Of a DNA stretch of 64,000 bases, positions 14,190-26,799 are shown one piece after another. The notes beneath the pieces are model-generated. The model searched no databases, was not told the origin of the DNA, and saw only the letters and a list, made by a program, of their open reading frames with translations. Location of the stretch: contig NKIB01012947.1 in NCBI GenBank assembly GCA_002256025.1, positions 1 through 64,000 of the forward strand, written 5' to 3'. How positions within the stretch are numbered: position 1 is the first letter of the stretch; each line of letters opens with the position of its first letter. Both the position numbers and the translations under genes were made by a program. Source of the stretch: Asterionella formosa. Lineage: Eukaryota.

Positions 14190-14590
14190 CATGGTACCTG
14201 GTACACACCGGTTTAAAAATAGAAGTGTACCAGGTACCAGGTACCGGTCGTACGACTTGCATACCGGTATTCAGCCTTGATAATGCAGCAGTCGATTTGA
14301 GTGAATGTCACCGGTACGTGTGTGGTAGCAATCCTAGTACCATACCAGGTACGTACCTGCTGTTAGGAGTACCAGGAGCTACTACGGCAACCTACACAAA
14401 CCAAGGCAGGCTCGTTCCATCACGACCAGCCAAAACATACAAGTTATATATAGAGAGTATGTACCAGGTACCGTATATTCTGCAAGAAACAATGTCCAAA
14501 AGAGTTTTGTGATATGTGGTATGTACTGATGTACATGGTCTGCGTAGCCCATTTCCCAAAAAAACTAAACTACAAGGTACCGGTAACAGG
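14190..14590. promoter_or_regulatory. Cluster of GGTACC/TACCGGTA/TACCWGGTA palindromes in the divergent NKAP-XRN2 promoter
   Basis: Examples: tggtacctggtac (~14192), gtaccaggtaccaggtaccggt (~14227), ataccggtat (~14261), taccaggtacgtacctg (~14344), gtaccaggtaccg (14461), ggtaccggta (~14576). A regulatory role is inferred from position only. Confidence 0.5.
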
Positions 14591-14700
14591 TTCCTCTTGT
14601 ACCATTGTACCGTAGCAATACAACCAACACAAAGAAATCCACTGACTTTGCAATACCCCTTGCTTTCCACCTTCCTCCGCCCGGCTTGCATCTCCTCGCC

Positions 14701-17700
14701 ATGGGAGTTCCTGCCTTCTACAGATGGCTGTCCGAAAAGTACCCCAAGGTCATTGAAGACATCCTCGAAGAACGCGTCGTGTACCTCCACGGGACGCACA
14801 CTCGAATGCCATTCGATTCCACCAGACCCAATCCCTCCGGCCTAGAGTGCGACAATCTGTACATTGACATGAACGGCATCATTCACCCCTGCTCACACCC
14901 CGAAGTCGGACCGCAGCCCACATCGGAAGAAGAAATGTTTGACAACGTCTGTCGCTACGTCGACCGCCTCTTCCGGACCATGCGGCCCCGCCAATTGTTG
15001 TATTTGGCCATTGACGGAGTCGCTCCTCGAGCAAAGATGAATCAACAACGCTCCAGAAGGTTTCGATCGGCACAGGAAGCCAGAGAGACGGCGGAGCTCG
15101 AAGTGCACGTCCGTGCGGAATTGGAGCAAATGGGACATGTCGTTCCAGTGGCCAAGCCGCCGTGGGACAGCAACGTCATTACGCCGGGGACGCCGTTCAT
15201 GTTGAAGTTGAGCGAATTCATTAGGTTCTACATTAGGAAGCGGATCAATGAAGACAAGGCATGGCAGAGCATTAGAGTTGTGTTCAGCGATGCCAGCATT
15301 CCAGGGGAAGGCGAACACAAGATTATGAGTCACATTCGCTTGCAACGAAGTCAACCGGGGTACAATCCCAACTTGGTGCATGTGCTGCATGGGCTCGATG
15401 CCGACTTGATCATGTTGGCGCTAGCGACGCATGAAGTCAACTTTTACATCTCAAGAGAATTGGTTCTCTTTGGCCGCAAGTCGCAAGAGGATCATGACCA
15501 ACGTCAAATGGAAAACGGGTTTAGGGACAAGCAACGATTGCTAGACGAAACTGCCTCAGATGCCATGGAATTACTGGAAAATCAAGGCAAACCACTGCAG
15601 CGTGTCAGTATTCCGATTTTGAGAGAATATTTGGCCTTCGAATTCAAAGAATGCTTGTCTGGATTGCCGTTCACACCCTCCTTAGAACGAATGATCGATG
15701 ATATTGTTTTTTTGTGTTTCTTTGTTGGAAATGACTTTTTGCCGCATTTGCCATCTCTAGATATTCGGGATGGAGCGCTGGACTTTTTATTCAATGTTTA
15801 CAAGAGATTGTTGCCCACTCTTGGAGATTACATTACAAATCATGGTGGTCAAGTCAACTTGAGCCATGTTGATGTCATTTTAGCTGAAGTTGGGGCCATT
15901 GAAGATTACGTTTTTGCCATGAAACATGCAAATGAAGAAAACCAGAAGAAGCGTCGACAGGACATGCTCAATAGAAACAAGCAGAACAATCGTGGACCAC
16001 CCCTTGTCAAGCAAGAACCTCCAAAGGTCATGGGGCGTGCAGCCAAGATTTTGGAACAGCAACGTATCAAAGAAGAGGGCACTGCGCTACAAACCTCTGA
16101 TGATAATGCCACTGCAGCACTAGAACTGAAAAAATCATTGGGTGTGGCTGTCAAGATAGAGCAGGTCGATGAAATAGAAACAGGCAAACGTAAGGCAATG
16201 GCTATCTCGAAAGAATTGGATGATGACACTATTGTGGCAGAACCTGAGGAGGATATAGATGATGATGAAGAAGTTGAATTTGCGCCTGAAATTAAAGTCT
16301 CCGAAATCGATCCTGAAACTGCCAAAAAGTTCAAAGAAAAAGTCAAGGCACAGCAGCAGAAGAAACTTGATGAATATTCTGACAAGGTCGAAGATAATGT
16401 TCGATTGCATGAAACAGGCTGGAAGGATAGGTATTATACTGATAAATGTAAAGCAGATGATGTCACAAAACATGGTGGACGTGAGCATCTGTTTCGATCA
16501 TATGTCATGGGACTTTGTTGGGTGATGAAGTACTATTATGATGGGTGTCCTAGCTGGAAATGGTATTATCCATTCCATTATGCTCCATTTGCGTCAGATC
16601 TCAAGAACATTGAGCGTTTTCAAAAGGATTGCAAGTCGTTTGAATTAGCGGAGCCGTTTAAACCTGTTGAGCAGTTAATGGCGGTATTACCAGAGGATTC
16701 AAAACATGCTATTCCGAAAGCTTCGCGCTGGCTCATGGTTGATGATGAGAGCCCCATCATAGACTTTTATCCAAAAGAAGTTCCTGTTGATCCTAATGGA
16801 AAAGCCATGCCTTGGCTTTGGGTTGTTTTGCTCCCGTTCATTGAGGAAGATCGTCTACTTGCTGCATACAAACCTACAGTGGAGAAGTGGACATCAACAG
16901 AGCTCTTTTGCAACACACGAGGGCTAGACGATGGATATGTCTATGTCCACAAGTCTCATCCATTAGCTTCTAAACTTGAACTGCTGTACCAAATGGAAAA
17001 TGGAGCATCTACGACAAAGCTGAGGGTCACAGATGGATCTGCAGGGAAGCGAGGCATGACTGGATCTGTGAGATTGCCACTCAGTAACGAGATTATCAAG
17101 ACAGATGTAGAAACCAAGGTGGAGCTGCCGCCATCTGCTGAACAGATAAAAAGCAGAAATCATGACAACTTGTTCACCGAACCTATTGAAGTGAACGTGG
17201 CTCTTTGTGCTGCTTTTACAGAACCTGCAAAACTCTCTCACAAGAGCGTTTTACTTCCAGGTGCAAGGCCACCTCCGTCAAAATTGAAGCGTGAGGATCT
17301 TGTCATTCGACGACCTCGTCTCAATCGAGGTGGAGGAACCATTGCCAATCTTGGTGTTTCCAATGGAAGAAGCAAAGAGCAAGGTTATGGTAGCATGAAC
17401 ATCGGCACATACGAGCGTGACCTTGCTGAACGAAATGGTCGTGGTCGTGACATGTATCAAACTGGAATGAGACAATGGGGAGCAATGGAACCTACCCCAA
17501 AACGTTACCAGGCGGGAGGAAGCCAATCACATGCTCCTTATCCACCAAATCCTTTCAATCGACCACCACAACAGAGCCATGAGCAGCACCAAGGTGGACA
17601 TTCTCTTCCACCTTGGCAACAAAACCAAGCACTGAATCGTCCACCATGGCAAAGCCGACCGCCGATTCAAGGTGGAAATGGGCATCAGCAGGCACCACAG

Positions 17701-18063
17701 AACCAATGGCAACAGCAAGGGAATCAACGTCAGCCTTTGTGGAATCAGGGACAAAGCCAGCAAGGTTACCAGCAACATCAGCACCATACATTCAATCACC
17801 AAGGACACCAGCAAGGCATGGGAGGAAACCAACAGGCACAGCATCAAAGACCGTACAGCAGAGGGAGCCAAGCCAACGGACTTCAACAGAACACTGGTGG
17901 GCAGCAACAAGGGCATTCGTTCCAGAACCTCAATCGGTCAGCACGTCATGGCCAGCAACAACCTCCACAAAGGGCAAACCCAAGCATAATTAGTGACTTG
18001 AGGTCCCAGCTTGCTAGCACGTTGCAGCAGCATCGGCAAGGAGGGAGCAACATCCGCAAGTGA
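14701..18063 (+). CDS. XRN2: 5'-3' exoribonuclease 2 (XRN2/Rat1 family)
   Basis: Starts MGVPAFYRWLSEKYPK at ATG 14701. Carries DNLYIDMNGIIHPC, AIDGVAPRAKMNQQRSRRF, PGEGEHKI, GLDADLIML, GNDFLPHLP and WYYPFHYAPF, with a Q/G/N-rich tail. No intron is needed. Confidence 0.96.
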   Translation: MGVPAFYRWLSEKYPKVIEDILEERVVYLHGTHTRMPFDSTRPNPSGLECDNLYIDMNGIIHPCSHPEVGPQPTSEEEMFDNVCRYVDRLFRTMRPRQLLYLAIDGVAPRAKMNQQRSRRFRSAQEARETAELEVHVRAELEQMGHVVPVAKPPWDSNVITPGTPFMLKLSEFIRFYIRKRINEDKAWQSIRVVFSDASIPGEGEHKIMSHIRLQRSQPGYNPNLVHVLHGLDADLIMLALATHEVNFYISRELVLFGRKSQEDHDQRQMENGFRDKQRLLDETASDAMELLENQGKPLQRVSIPILREYLAFEFKECLSGLPFTPSLERMIDDIVFLCFFVGNDFLPHLPSLDIRDGALDFLFNVYKRLLPTLGDYITNHGGQVNLSHVDVILAEVGAIEDYVFAMKHANEENQKKRRQDMLNRNKQNNRGPPLVKQEPPKVMGRAAKILEQQRIKEEGTALQTSDDNATAALELKKSLGVAVKIEQVDEIETGKRKAMAISKELDDDTIVAEPEEDIDDDEEVEFAPEIKVSEIDPETAKKFKEKVKAQQQKKLDEYSDKVEDNVRLHETGWKDRYYTDKCKADDVTKHGGREHLFRSYVMGLCWVMKYYYDGCPSWKWYYPFHYAPFASDLKNIERFQKDCKSFELAEPFKPVEQLMAVLPEDSKHAIPKASRWLMVDDESPIIDFYPKEVPVDPNGKAMPWLWVVLLPFIEEDRLLAAYKPTVEKWTSTELFCNTRGLDDGYVYVHKSHPLASKLELLYQMENGASTTKLRVTDGSAGKRGMTGSVRLPLSNEIIKTDVETKVELPPSAEQIKSRNHDNLFTEPIEVNVALCAAFTEPAKLSHKSVLLPGARPPPSKLKREDLVIRRPRLNRGGGTIANLGVSNGRSKEQGYGSMNIGTYERDLAERNGRGRDMYQTGMRQWGAMEPTPKRYQAGGSQSHAPYPPNPFNRPPQQSHEQHQGGHSLPPWQQNQALNRPPWQSRPPIQGGNGHQQAPQNQWQQQGNQRQPLWNQGQSQQGYQQHQHHTFNHQGHQQGMGGNQQAQHQRPYSRGSQANGLQQNTGGQQQGHSFQNLNRSARHGQQQPPQRANPSIISDLRSQLASTLQQHRQGGSNIRK

Positions 18064-19234
18064 TTATCAACAATAAATTGATTCATTCCTTGATGGTGGG
18101 CATCTGGGAAATCTATCGGAAATGAATGGGGTGATCACATTACTTGTATAGTACTGCTACTCATAGATAACAAGATAGATAGGAGTTTTTGATTGCTTTC
18201 TCCTGCTAAATGAAATGTAAGTTTTTTAATGAAAGAAGGAAAGGTCTTACAGAGTTTCAACATCATCGCAACGGTCAACGCTGTCCAGGCATAAATGAGG
18301 AAATTATCGACGGAACTCATGCACTTCTCAAATTGCCCATTGCCAGTTGCTGAAAGTTTTGTGGTACCAGGTAGGGTATCAAGTAAGACACCCACAAGGA
18401 TAGAGCTCAACAAATACCAACCATAACAAATCTTCCTTTGGTCATCGATACAGGTTCAAGCATGCACTATGATGGTTTGGGCTCAACCAGCATACCGGTA
18501 CGCAGAATCGAAGATAACATCTCTTGTTCTGTCATGTTGTATTTACCTTTATATTGAATCCTGCATATTTGCTATACATCGTGAGAGGCCGACTTTTAGT
18601 AGACCACTACCTGGTACTGGTATATAGTAACCTGGTACCCCGTGTAAATAAACAGATTATTCAGTCTGGAAGTATACAATTACCGGTACCCCTACTATTA
18701 TTGATTGTATTGTAAGTAAGGATCTACCAGTGTAAATATAGAAAGAGGAAGATATACCGATACATGTGGGATGCACCGGTACTTATTTTATGTATCCCTT
18801 TTATAGCACTGCTACCATTTACCGGTAGTCCAGGAAATACCGTACCCCCGTAGTAAAAAGGTGAATGTTGTATAATAAGCCATTCAATGAGCATATAAAG
18901 TTTTCTTGTTTTCTTCTATTCATAATACGGTCCCTCTATAGGCACCCGGACAAACAATCAAGAAATCGAAAGGTTGGTGACCTGTTTACTACGTAATCTA
19001 GTAAGTAACAAGGATATAGCTGCTCCATGCGGGACATCATGCGGAATACGGATAGTAAGGCGTAAAAGCAGCCAGCAGCAACGACTAGGGAGTTTCATGT
19101 AATTGGAAACCCATAGACTCTCAAGAGGACAAAAAGAAGTCAATAGAGCCATCCAAAAGATTACTGTGTCGCCTGATTGCTACTGGGAAGGAAGATAGCG
19201 TTTTCATTGCCAAGTCAAGCCCGCAATTCTTGTT

Positions 19235-22207
19235 ATGAGTTTCCCAAAACCGGGCAAAATCGGAAAACCCACTCCTGAGTACAATAAAACCACCAGTGGT
19301 GGAAACCACGAACTTGCCATTTCAGAGCCTAGGGATAAGCCTGACAACGACTCTCCTGGATTGTCGACGGAAGAAGATATTGTGGACTCTAATGATGCCA
19401 ACGCGTCAGCTTCGCCACTTACCCAAAGGGACGACGGCAGGAGAACACCCTCGTCTGCTGCTACGTACACGGCCTTGTCACCTACAGATGAAGTTTTTAA
19501 CGCCAATAGCGAACTTCCGATAGACACCCCATCTGAGTATGTGCAAAGCTACCCTTTGATAGAGAAAAAGAAAAATACCAGGCCTGCTAGAAGAAGTAAT
19601 CCAGTAAGTACTCATATAATTTTCGGCTGTCTCGCGTGCCCCTTCGTGAGCGTACGAGCGCCAGCGTGGATTGGTTGATTTTGTTGGAAATTTTGGAAAA
19701 TTTTGACATCTCCCTCTCCCACTTGCTAACGTCTATACTTTCGCCCTTTATTTCATTGAATATTTCTCAAATAGAAATATTTTGATGGCTTCTTGCATTC
19801 GCAATCGCTCAAAACATTAAATGAAGTTCACTCACCTCATTTAAATGTAGATGCAATGGCACGTATTCTGGCTTGCATCGATCAACATAGCTACGAGGAC
19901 GCGATCTTACGCGATTCCGATAGAATGCTTGAAAGGTATCTCATTCCGATGGACTTCCCTTGGATGCATGGTGTTCAACCTGTTGTCAAGAGCATGGCGT
20001 ACGATATAGATGAAATGCCCGGCCTACTAAGAATCGAAGACGAAGTCAACTCTCCATTCGAGCGAGGCACGTTTGGGTACGGAAAGTTTGAGACTGGAAA
20101 GAATCCAAAGGGTGGTTCTCCAGTCAGAAATCCCGACGACAGTATTCTGGAGGCTGCAAGGAGAAGCAACGATCCCGGTGTCATTGAACTAACAACTATT
20201 CGATCTTTTCAAAATCCAGACAGCGACAGTACCAATAGCTACCAATACCTGCACGATAGATGTTTGGACGATGGGAGTGAAGCATCTTTCCCTGGTGTGG
20301 AAAAAATCCTTTCAATCAATGGTGAAAGCGGAGATCATTTTATGTCGTCAACATCGTGGAGAAAAGAACAAATGGATAGTACTATAACTTCCGACGACGC
20401 TGACGATCCAATCGGGATGTTGTCCGATGCTAGCTTGCGTGTAAGACAGTTTAGATATGTGCAAGCTGAAAAAAAGAGGAAACTTAACTTCAGTCAAGGA
20501 CGAATTGAAAAGAAATACATTTCTGTTCGTTTTGGGTCTGCAAGTAGTCGCACGACTCTCTTTGAGCCGTGCCCGAAACCCCCTTGGCAGAAAAGAGAAG
20601 CGAATAAAGAAGAATCACAAAACAACGGGCAATACTATCGTCGACCAATCCTTGTAAATGCCTTCTTGCCCGTAGAAGTTGTCAACGGACGGTACCTCAA
20701 CGTAGCATCTGCAAAAGCGATTGCTGACCAACTGGGTTCATACGACGCTCGCCATGGTGTGACAGGTTCACACAAAGATGAGCATTGCGTGAAAGAGGAC
20801 CGAAAGCGAGTTCAAACTGGTCGTATCCGAATGATTTGGACTAAGGAACACTCTTCAGATAAGAGAACTCGAGTTGTGACCTCAATTCTCACCGGAAATC
20901 TCCTGGAGCCAAGTAACTTCAGGCGATCAAGAGAAGTTCGAGTGGCCGTTAAGCTCAACGGTGAATTTCTCAGCCTTGAAGTTTGGGAATCTTCGCATAT
21001 TCTCAAAACAGCATTGGAAAAAGATCCCTCACCTCCAGATACCCCAGTTGCCCAAGACGCGGGGCTCAGTGACAAGATAATCAATGCTGCTATTGCAGAG
21101 GTAGCGGGTACGGTCGCCGGGCGATCAAGGCGACTCACGCGAAAGGCTACAGATCGTTTGGTGAACAAGAAGATATGTCTTTTGGATACTTCTGGATTTG
21201 TAAGAAGATTGATTCGTAGTCGAACAAAACCAACCAACGAAATACAATATCCTGTATCTGTTATGCATGATGACCACACCTTCCGAACTCCTCGGTTCGA
21301 GTGCCTTCCTGCTGCGGATGGAATCATGCGAATCATTTGTACCTCGTTTGGAACTTTGGCATCTTGCTGGGTTCCCTCTGTCACCCAATTATCACCATCA
21401 CTTTGTACCATATGTAGTTCAGACGACAGCGACGAAAAAATCGATGCTTGCAGAACTTGTCGAGTCGCTGCCCACGTCAGTTGCTGCTGGAATCGAGGCG
21501 AACACTCCTTGTCGGCGGATGGAGAAGCCGACTCATGGCAATGTGCGAGCTGCTTCGACAACGAAGCAGAGGGACAGTCAACCCTCCCGTTGCCACCCGC
21601 TGAGTTTGTTACTTCTAATTCAAGCAGTACCAGACGAAGATCAGTGAAAATTCCTGCCCGATTTCAAAAGGAGGTTACCTCGCGACTCGACGATGCACCA
21701 GAAGAATTCTTGCATATTCCACCGAAGCGTCGACAATGTATATATTGTCCTCATGTTGGTGGCGCCATGAGCGCCGAAGGCCATGGTTGGATACACGACG
21801 TGTGTCGCATGTGGGGTCGGACAAAACACAAATATACTTCAAAATGCGTGTATTGTGGAGAGGCGACCTCCGTGGGTTTAACGAAGTGCGCTGGAAATGG
21901 CTGTTCGATTCATTTGCATCCCATGTGTGCAATTTTGGTCTCCAAAATGATTGTGAAGTCTGCTTATCCGGAAAAGGGCGTGCCAAGTACCGACTTGTTG
22001 TACCGCAAACACGAAGATATCTACCTTTCAACTCAGGCCACTCTAACAATGATACATGTCACTCAAGGAAAGGTAGCTACTTTGATGCCTGTTGCCTTTT
22101 GCGGCTATCACAATCCAGTTCGAGAGCCAACATTTTATGGGTCCTATCCAGCAGGGCAATATATCGGAGAATCTGTAAGAATTCCCCCCAATCTACAAAA
22201 GGAGTAG
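19235..22207 (+). CDS. PHD-finger chromatin protein with a C-terminal PHD plus extended PHD (PZP/zf-HC5HC2H-like) module; 2 exons
   Basis: Exons 19235-19603 and 19775-22207; a phase-0 intron GTAAGT...ctaac...TAG joins the two ORFs in frame. Motifs: CTIC...CRTCRVAAHVSC...WQCASC, then CIYCPHVGGAM...WIHDVC, CVYC...TKC..GC..HLHPMCA...FCGYH. Confidence 0.85.
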
Positions 22208-23779
22208 TTGCAAATATAATTTCTGCTGTCTGCAATATGATAGTCTATTTTGTAGTCATCATGGTCTACATAGACAGTAGTTCATTACAAAAGTTCGGTA
22301 TCGAGTTTGATATGCCTGCGAATAAATCCGTCTGAAAAGTATCTGTCTAATTTTCAGAGCAAGCATTGTCTGCTACTTCATTTTTATCTCATCTACTCTT
22401 AGCTCAACTTGCTTTTTAGTGAAGCTTCATTGTATTGCGGTACGCTTTTGCGAAACCAGGCAAAGATAAATGAATTTAAAAATTATTCTTAATAGCCATA
22501 TCCTGCGTTCTATAGGTAAGATCTGTGTCTATATGAATCAAGCACCAAACCGTTAGACATGCTGGTGTTGTCATGTTTTGCAGCAGGTTCCCTCGAGGAT
22601 CCCATTGCTGTTCTTTTTCATTTTGTCAGCTAGCCAGCTGGCTTGACTTCATCATCTATGAAATCCACTCTTTTTCTAGTTTTTGTTCGTTTATAAAGTC
22701 CCCAGGGTTCCGGGGTGTGTGGCCAACGAGGAGGCAGGTCCTGTTATGTTGGACACAGACAAATAAAACCACTGTTCATTGTGTCCATTTCTTTGGGCAT
22801 GAGTGCAATTATTGGATAGCTTTAACATACTATAAGATTTGATTGACAATTTTTTATTTCCAACAGGGTATTAAAAATGTGTAGAGTTTTCCTACAGCAA
22901 TCCCGAATTGCTCCAGTCTCCAAACATGGTGATGGATCAAAGATACACCCAAGACTCCATTGCTGAGATTATTTTCTCTTCATGCCTTCTGTATGTTGTC
23001 ATATTAAACTAAATTGCAAACTGTGCCCACTTCAGGAGGTTTAGCTATGAAAGAAGATATGCATTTCATTTGAGGACATTCCAGCATTGACATTTGGCAT
23101 CAGGGATTGTCATAACTCTGACACCAGCCACAATGGGGGGCCTCCTTCTTACTTTCGCCTCCACAATATTTGCTTCTCTGACAAGCAGGCCTCTACCAAA
23201 CAAGCTCTCTCCTCCAAACATATACTGTGTAGTATAAAAACTCTACCAGAAGATTGGATGGAGTAGGCATGTTAGGATTACATGTGGCAACTATTTTTAT
23301 TTTTGTTGCTTGATGCTGATGATGCAGCAATGAAATTTACGCGTTGAGTGATGTTTCTCACCCATCCAAATGGATGATCAGGCAAGATTATGATGATTGA
23401 TGCCGGTGAATTTGGGGATAAGGTGGTTTTTATATAGGCTAATATAATATTAATAAGAAATTACTTAAGAAACAACATATTGCCCCTTTTCGAAATGATT
23501 CACCGGATGTAATTACTTTCGTAATAATGACTTTTACTGGCAACCACTATAGATATGAGGTCTGACTCGCTCGAAACGCAACCTCTAGGAACGGTTACCA
23601 GTTAATGTCATTTTTCAGAAAGTCAAAATTGTGCAATTGGCTACAGAGGGGTAATTTTCCATGAACATGATAGAGTTGCAGAGAAAATATTTATTGAGCC
23701 ATATCTAGTTATGTACGACAACTTTTATGATGTTATTGCCCAGAAATCTGAATCGTATCCATAACAACAAGTGCTCCAT

Positions 23780-23870
23780 ATGTAAAATATTTGGGAGTGA
23801 TGTGCCAGATGTACAAAGGGGGGTACAGGTTTATGGGGGAAATGAGACACCAGGTTTAAGGTAGTCTTAA
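23780..23870 (-). mobile_element. Transposon-end-like sequence ending at TTAA; inverted homolog of 2145-2240
   Basis: agatgtacaaaggggggtacaggt...ccaggtttaaggtagtc-TTAA(23867-23870). Confidence 0.6.
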
Positions 23871-25003
23871 AGCGCTTAATACAAGTTAAGTTTAAAAAAT
23901 CATCTTAAACTGTTGCACCTCCCCCAGGAGAATTATTAGTCAACCTATGCAAATATCTCTCATCATCTGAATTTCTTGTTCCAATGGGATATGTTCAAGA
24001 AAATGATTGAGTTTCTCCTGGTGGTGACAATATAGCAATTGATTGCCTTGATCCATCCACCCACCACCCTAATTTGATTTTATTGTGCTCAAAGGTTCCA
24101 CACCATCACTTGTCCATTCATTTGGAAATAGAGAATAATTGCTTGTCTTATATTCATTTGAATTATTTTGAACACTAACAAAAGAAGAAAATGTTTTGGC
24201 ATTGTTTAGCATGACTCATATTGTAAGTACACTTCCACCATCCTTCTCAATTTTTCTTGATTGATTTTATCTAGTTTGATTCCATGATCAAGTATGTTTT
24301 TGATAAAATCATTTTATTGACACATAGCAAGTATGGCTTATCATATAATGCACAGGAGTTGTGCATGGTTTGGCAGAAATGGAAGAATGATTTCGTGTAC
24401 ATGTTACGCACAAGAGCATGAGTGGTACTTGATATTTTAGTTTGCCACCAGATAGCTGCTGTTGATGGCCCTTTTAGCTACTCAAGATCAACAACTCTCT
24501 TGAACTGCATTGGAAGTAAATCACCATGGTCTAGACATGCTGGTGGCATTTTTGAGAAGAGGACATTCACAAAGTGCAAATGCTCCACTTGCATAAACAG
24601 TTTAAGGAACAAATGTTGCTCATCCAATATCATTTCAATTGCCTGTTATTTGGTCTTGAGTTGAGCCTTCCAAGGTACCAAAATCTTATTTCTTGATGTG
24701 TCATCCAAAGTCGCCATCAAGTTGGCAGTAAAACTCGAGAATGTGATTATTTTTCTTATATTGTAGTAACAGGAATAGTCTAGTATATGTGATGCCAAAA
24801 AACTTGTTCGGGCTGACGACTTTCTTTGATTGCTTTCCTATGTGATACACGTACGATACACAGATGCACTATGCCTCTAGCGGTATCATGATAATAAGCA
24901 ATAACAAGCCTGAAAATCAATTTGAATGTATATATGATTTAAGCAATCGGTAGTCGTGCCTCTGCTCCGCTCCGCTCCATTCCTCTGCTCTGCTTCGTCC
25001 ACC

Positions 25004-26286
25004 ATGTCAGGAGTAGATGACAGCAACAACGTCGGAATCGCCATGGCATTGGTGGCTGGCGCTGGTGGTGCTACCGCGTTGGGTGCCTCCGTTGTGTTCT
25101 TCCCTAGATTAGTGAAGTTGGCATCTCGTCGTGTATTGGCATCTGCGTTGGGGTTGTCTGCCGGAGTCATGACTTATGTTTCCTTCGTCGAGATCTTTCA
25201 AAAGTCTCTGAAGAGCTTCATAAAAGCAGGTTATAGCAGCGGAGATTCGTATTTGTATGCTACGCTTTGTTTCTTTGGAGGAGTCACCTTCATGTTGGTA
25301 CGTTATCAGTGCGCCTTCATGGAACAGACTCATATTTGTACATTGCTTTCTTGCGAAAGGTTGACATGATGCACTTATACTTACCGGTACATTCATTCCA
25401 CTTCTCCCCACGTGTGGCGATGCTTCACAACTTCTTACACTACATACAGCTGGTTGATGTTGTGATCAAAGTCATTGCGAATGGAAGCTTCCATCATTCT
25501 CATGAACACGATCATGATCACGGAATCCAAGTGGTTGAAGAAGGAAAGGAAGGACAGGACGAGAAACCCATTCAATGCATGTGTTGCTCGGACGACCCAG
25601 TGCGCGATTTGGAGAACCTGCAACACCAAGCCGACGACATTATAGCTCATCCTCACGACCATGGCTCTCACGATCATCATGGCTCTCACGATCATCATGG
25701 ATGGATCCACGAGGAGCAAAGCGAGGAGAATTCAAAGTCTGGAATAGATAAAGCGGTGGAGGAGAACGGAAATGGAGGAAACGACGAACACGATGGGGAC
25801 GAAATAATTAAACACAGTGACGAACAAAGCAAGCTAGTCAGAATGGGCATCAACACAGCGATTGCCATTGGCTTGCACAACTTTCCTGAAGGTTTGGCGA
25901 CATTCGTCGCTGCCTTGGACAACCCCAAAGTCGGTGCTGTCCTAGCCATTGCCATTGGAATCCATAATATTCCGGAAGGCCTCTGTGTGGCATTGCCAAT
26001 TTATTACGCTACTGGAAATCGATGGAAAGCCTTTGGATGGGCGTGTGTGTCAGGAGCATCGGAACCGTTGGCTGCATTGCTGGGATGGGCTGTCTTGGCA
26101 AACTCATTTTCAAATGAAATGTTTGCGATCTTGTTCGGAATTGTGGGAGGAATGATGGTCATTATTAGTACACGAGAATTACTTCCGACGGCTCATAGAT
26201 ATGACCCTGACGACACTGTTGTGACTTTCTCCTTTATCGGAGGGATGTTCATCATGGCACTTTCTCTGGTGCTTTTTGTCATTTAA
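25004..26286 (+). CDS. ZIP family (ZupT/GufA-like) zinc/metal transporter; 2 exons
   Basis: Exons 25004-25297 and 25450-26286 (GT..AG, phase 0). Motifs LGLSAGVMTYVSFVEIF, AIGLHNFPEG, AIGIHNIPEG, SGASEPL and ELLPTA, plus a long His-rich loop. Confidence 0.93.
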
Positions 26287-26724
26287 TATCAAGCCTTGTG
26301 TCTACCAACTCTTTGGTGGAATTTACCATGTATCCTTTTCAGACGTTGCTAATCAGGGGTGCAAACCGAGAATCTATCAAGCGAACATGTCAATGATCAT
26401 GCAGGCTAGTAATGCGGAACAGTATTTGGTTCAACTCCAATTGTACTGTTTGTCTACAAACCTTAGAAAAAGAGGAAAATAAGTTGGGTTCACACATGCA
26501 TCTCGACCATTTGCAATATTCTTATTCATATGATACAGATTGCATTATGAAAAAATGAGCAAAGTTTAAATTTAAGAAATGTCCTGTCCATCATCTCTCC
26601 TGACTTTTTCTGAGGCAGTTCAGCAAAATAACAGATGCCTCCTCTATAGCTTTAAAGCTATGAAATCCAACGAGGAATTCACTTTGCGGGGGGGGGGGGG
26701 CCGGAAGGGGGAGGGGAGGAGAGG

Positions 26725-26734
26725 NNNNNNNNNN
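26725..26734. other. Assembly gap (10 N) with low-quality poly-G/poly-C flanks
   Basis: Run of n characters flanked by G-homopolymers (~26688-26724) and a C-homopolymer (~26774-26786). Confidence 0.95.
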
Positions 26735-26799
26735 TTAAAACTATTTAAAATAAACATCATTTTACTTTTTTTTCCCCCCCCCCCCCTCTTGAAAACTAG

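Noticed and set aside
14605..14700. N-terminal extension of XRN2 in the ORF track
   Set aside because: It starts at TTG. The family-conserved MGVP start is the ATG at 14701.
20812..22335. Long overlapping or antisense ORFs (e.g. 20812-21561 -, 21736-22335 +; likewise 44721-45509 +)
   Set aside because: They are shadows of well-supported genes and have no independent motifs.
22400..24750. Possible transposase or gene remnants in AT-rich DNA
   Set aside because: Only short broken ORFs with no diagnostic motif. It is probably old TE sequence but cannot be assigned.
26688..26786. G-runs and C-runs that could suggest a G-quadruplex or inverted repeat
   Set aside because: They directly flank the N gap and look like read-end artefacts.
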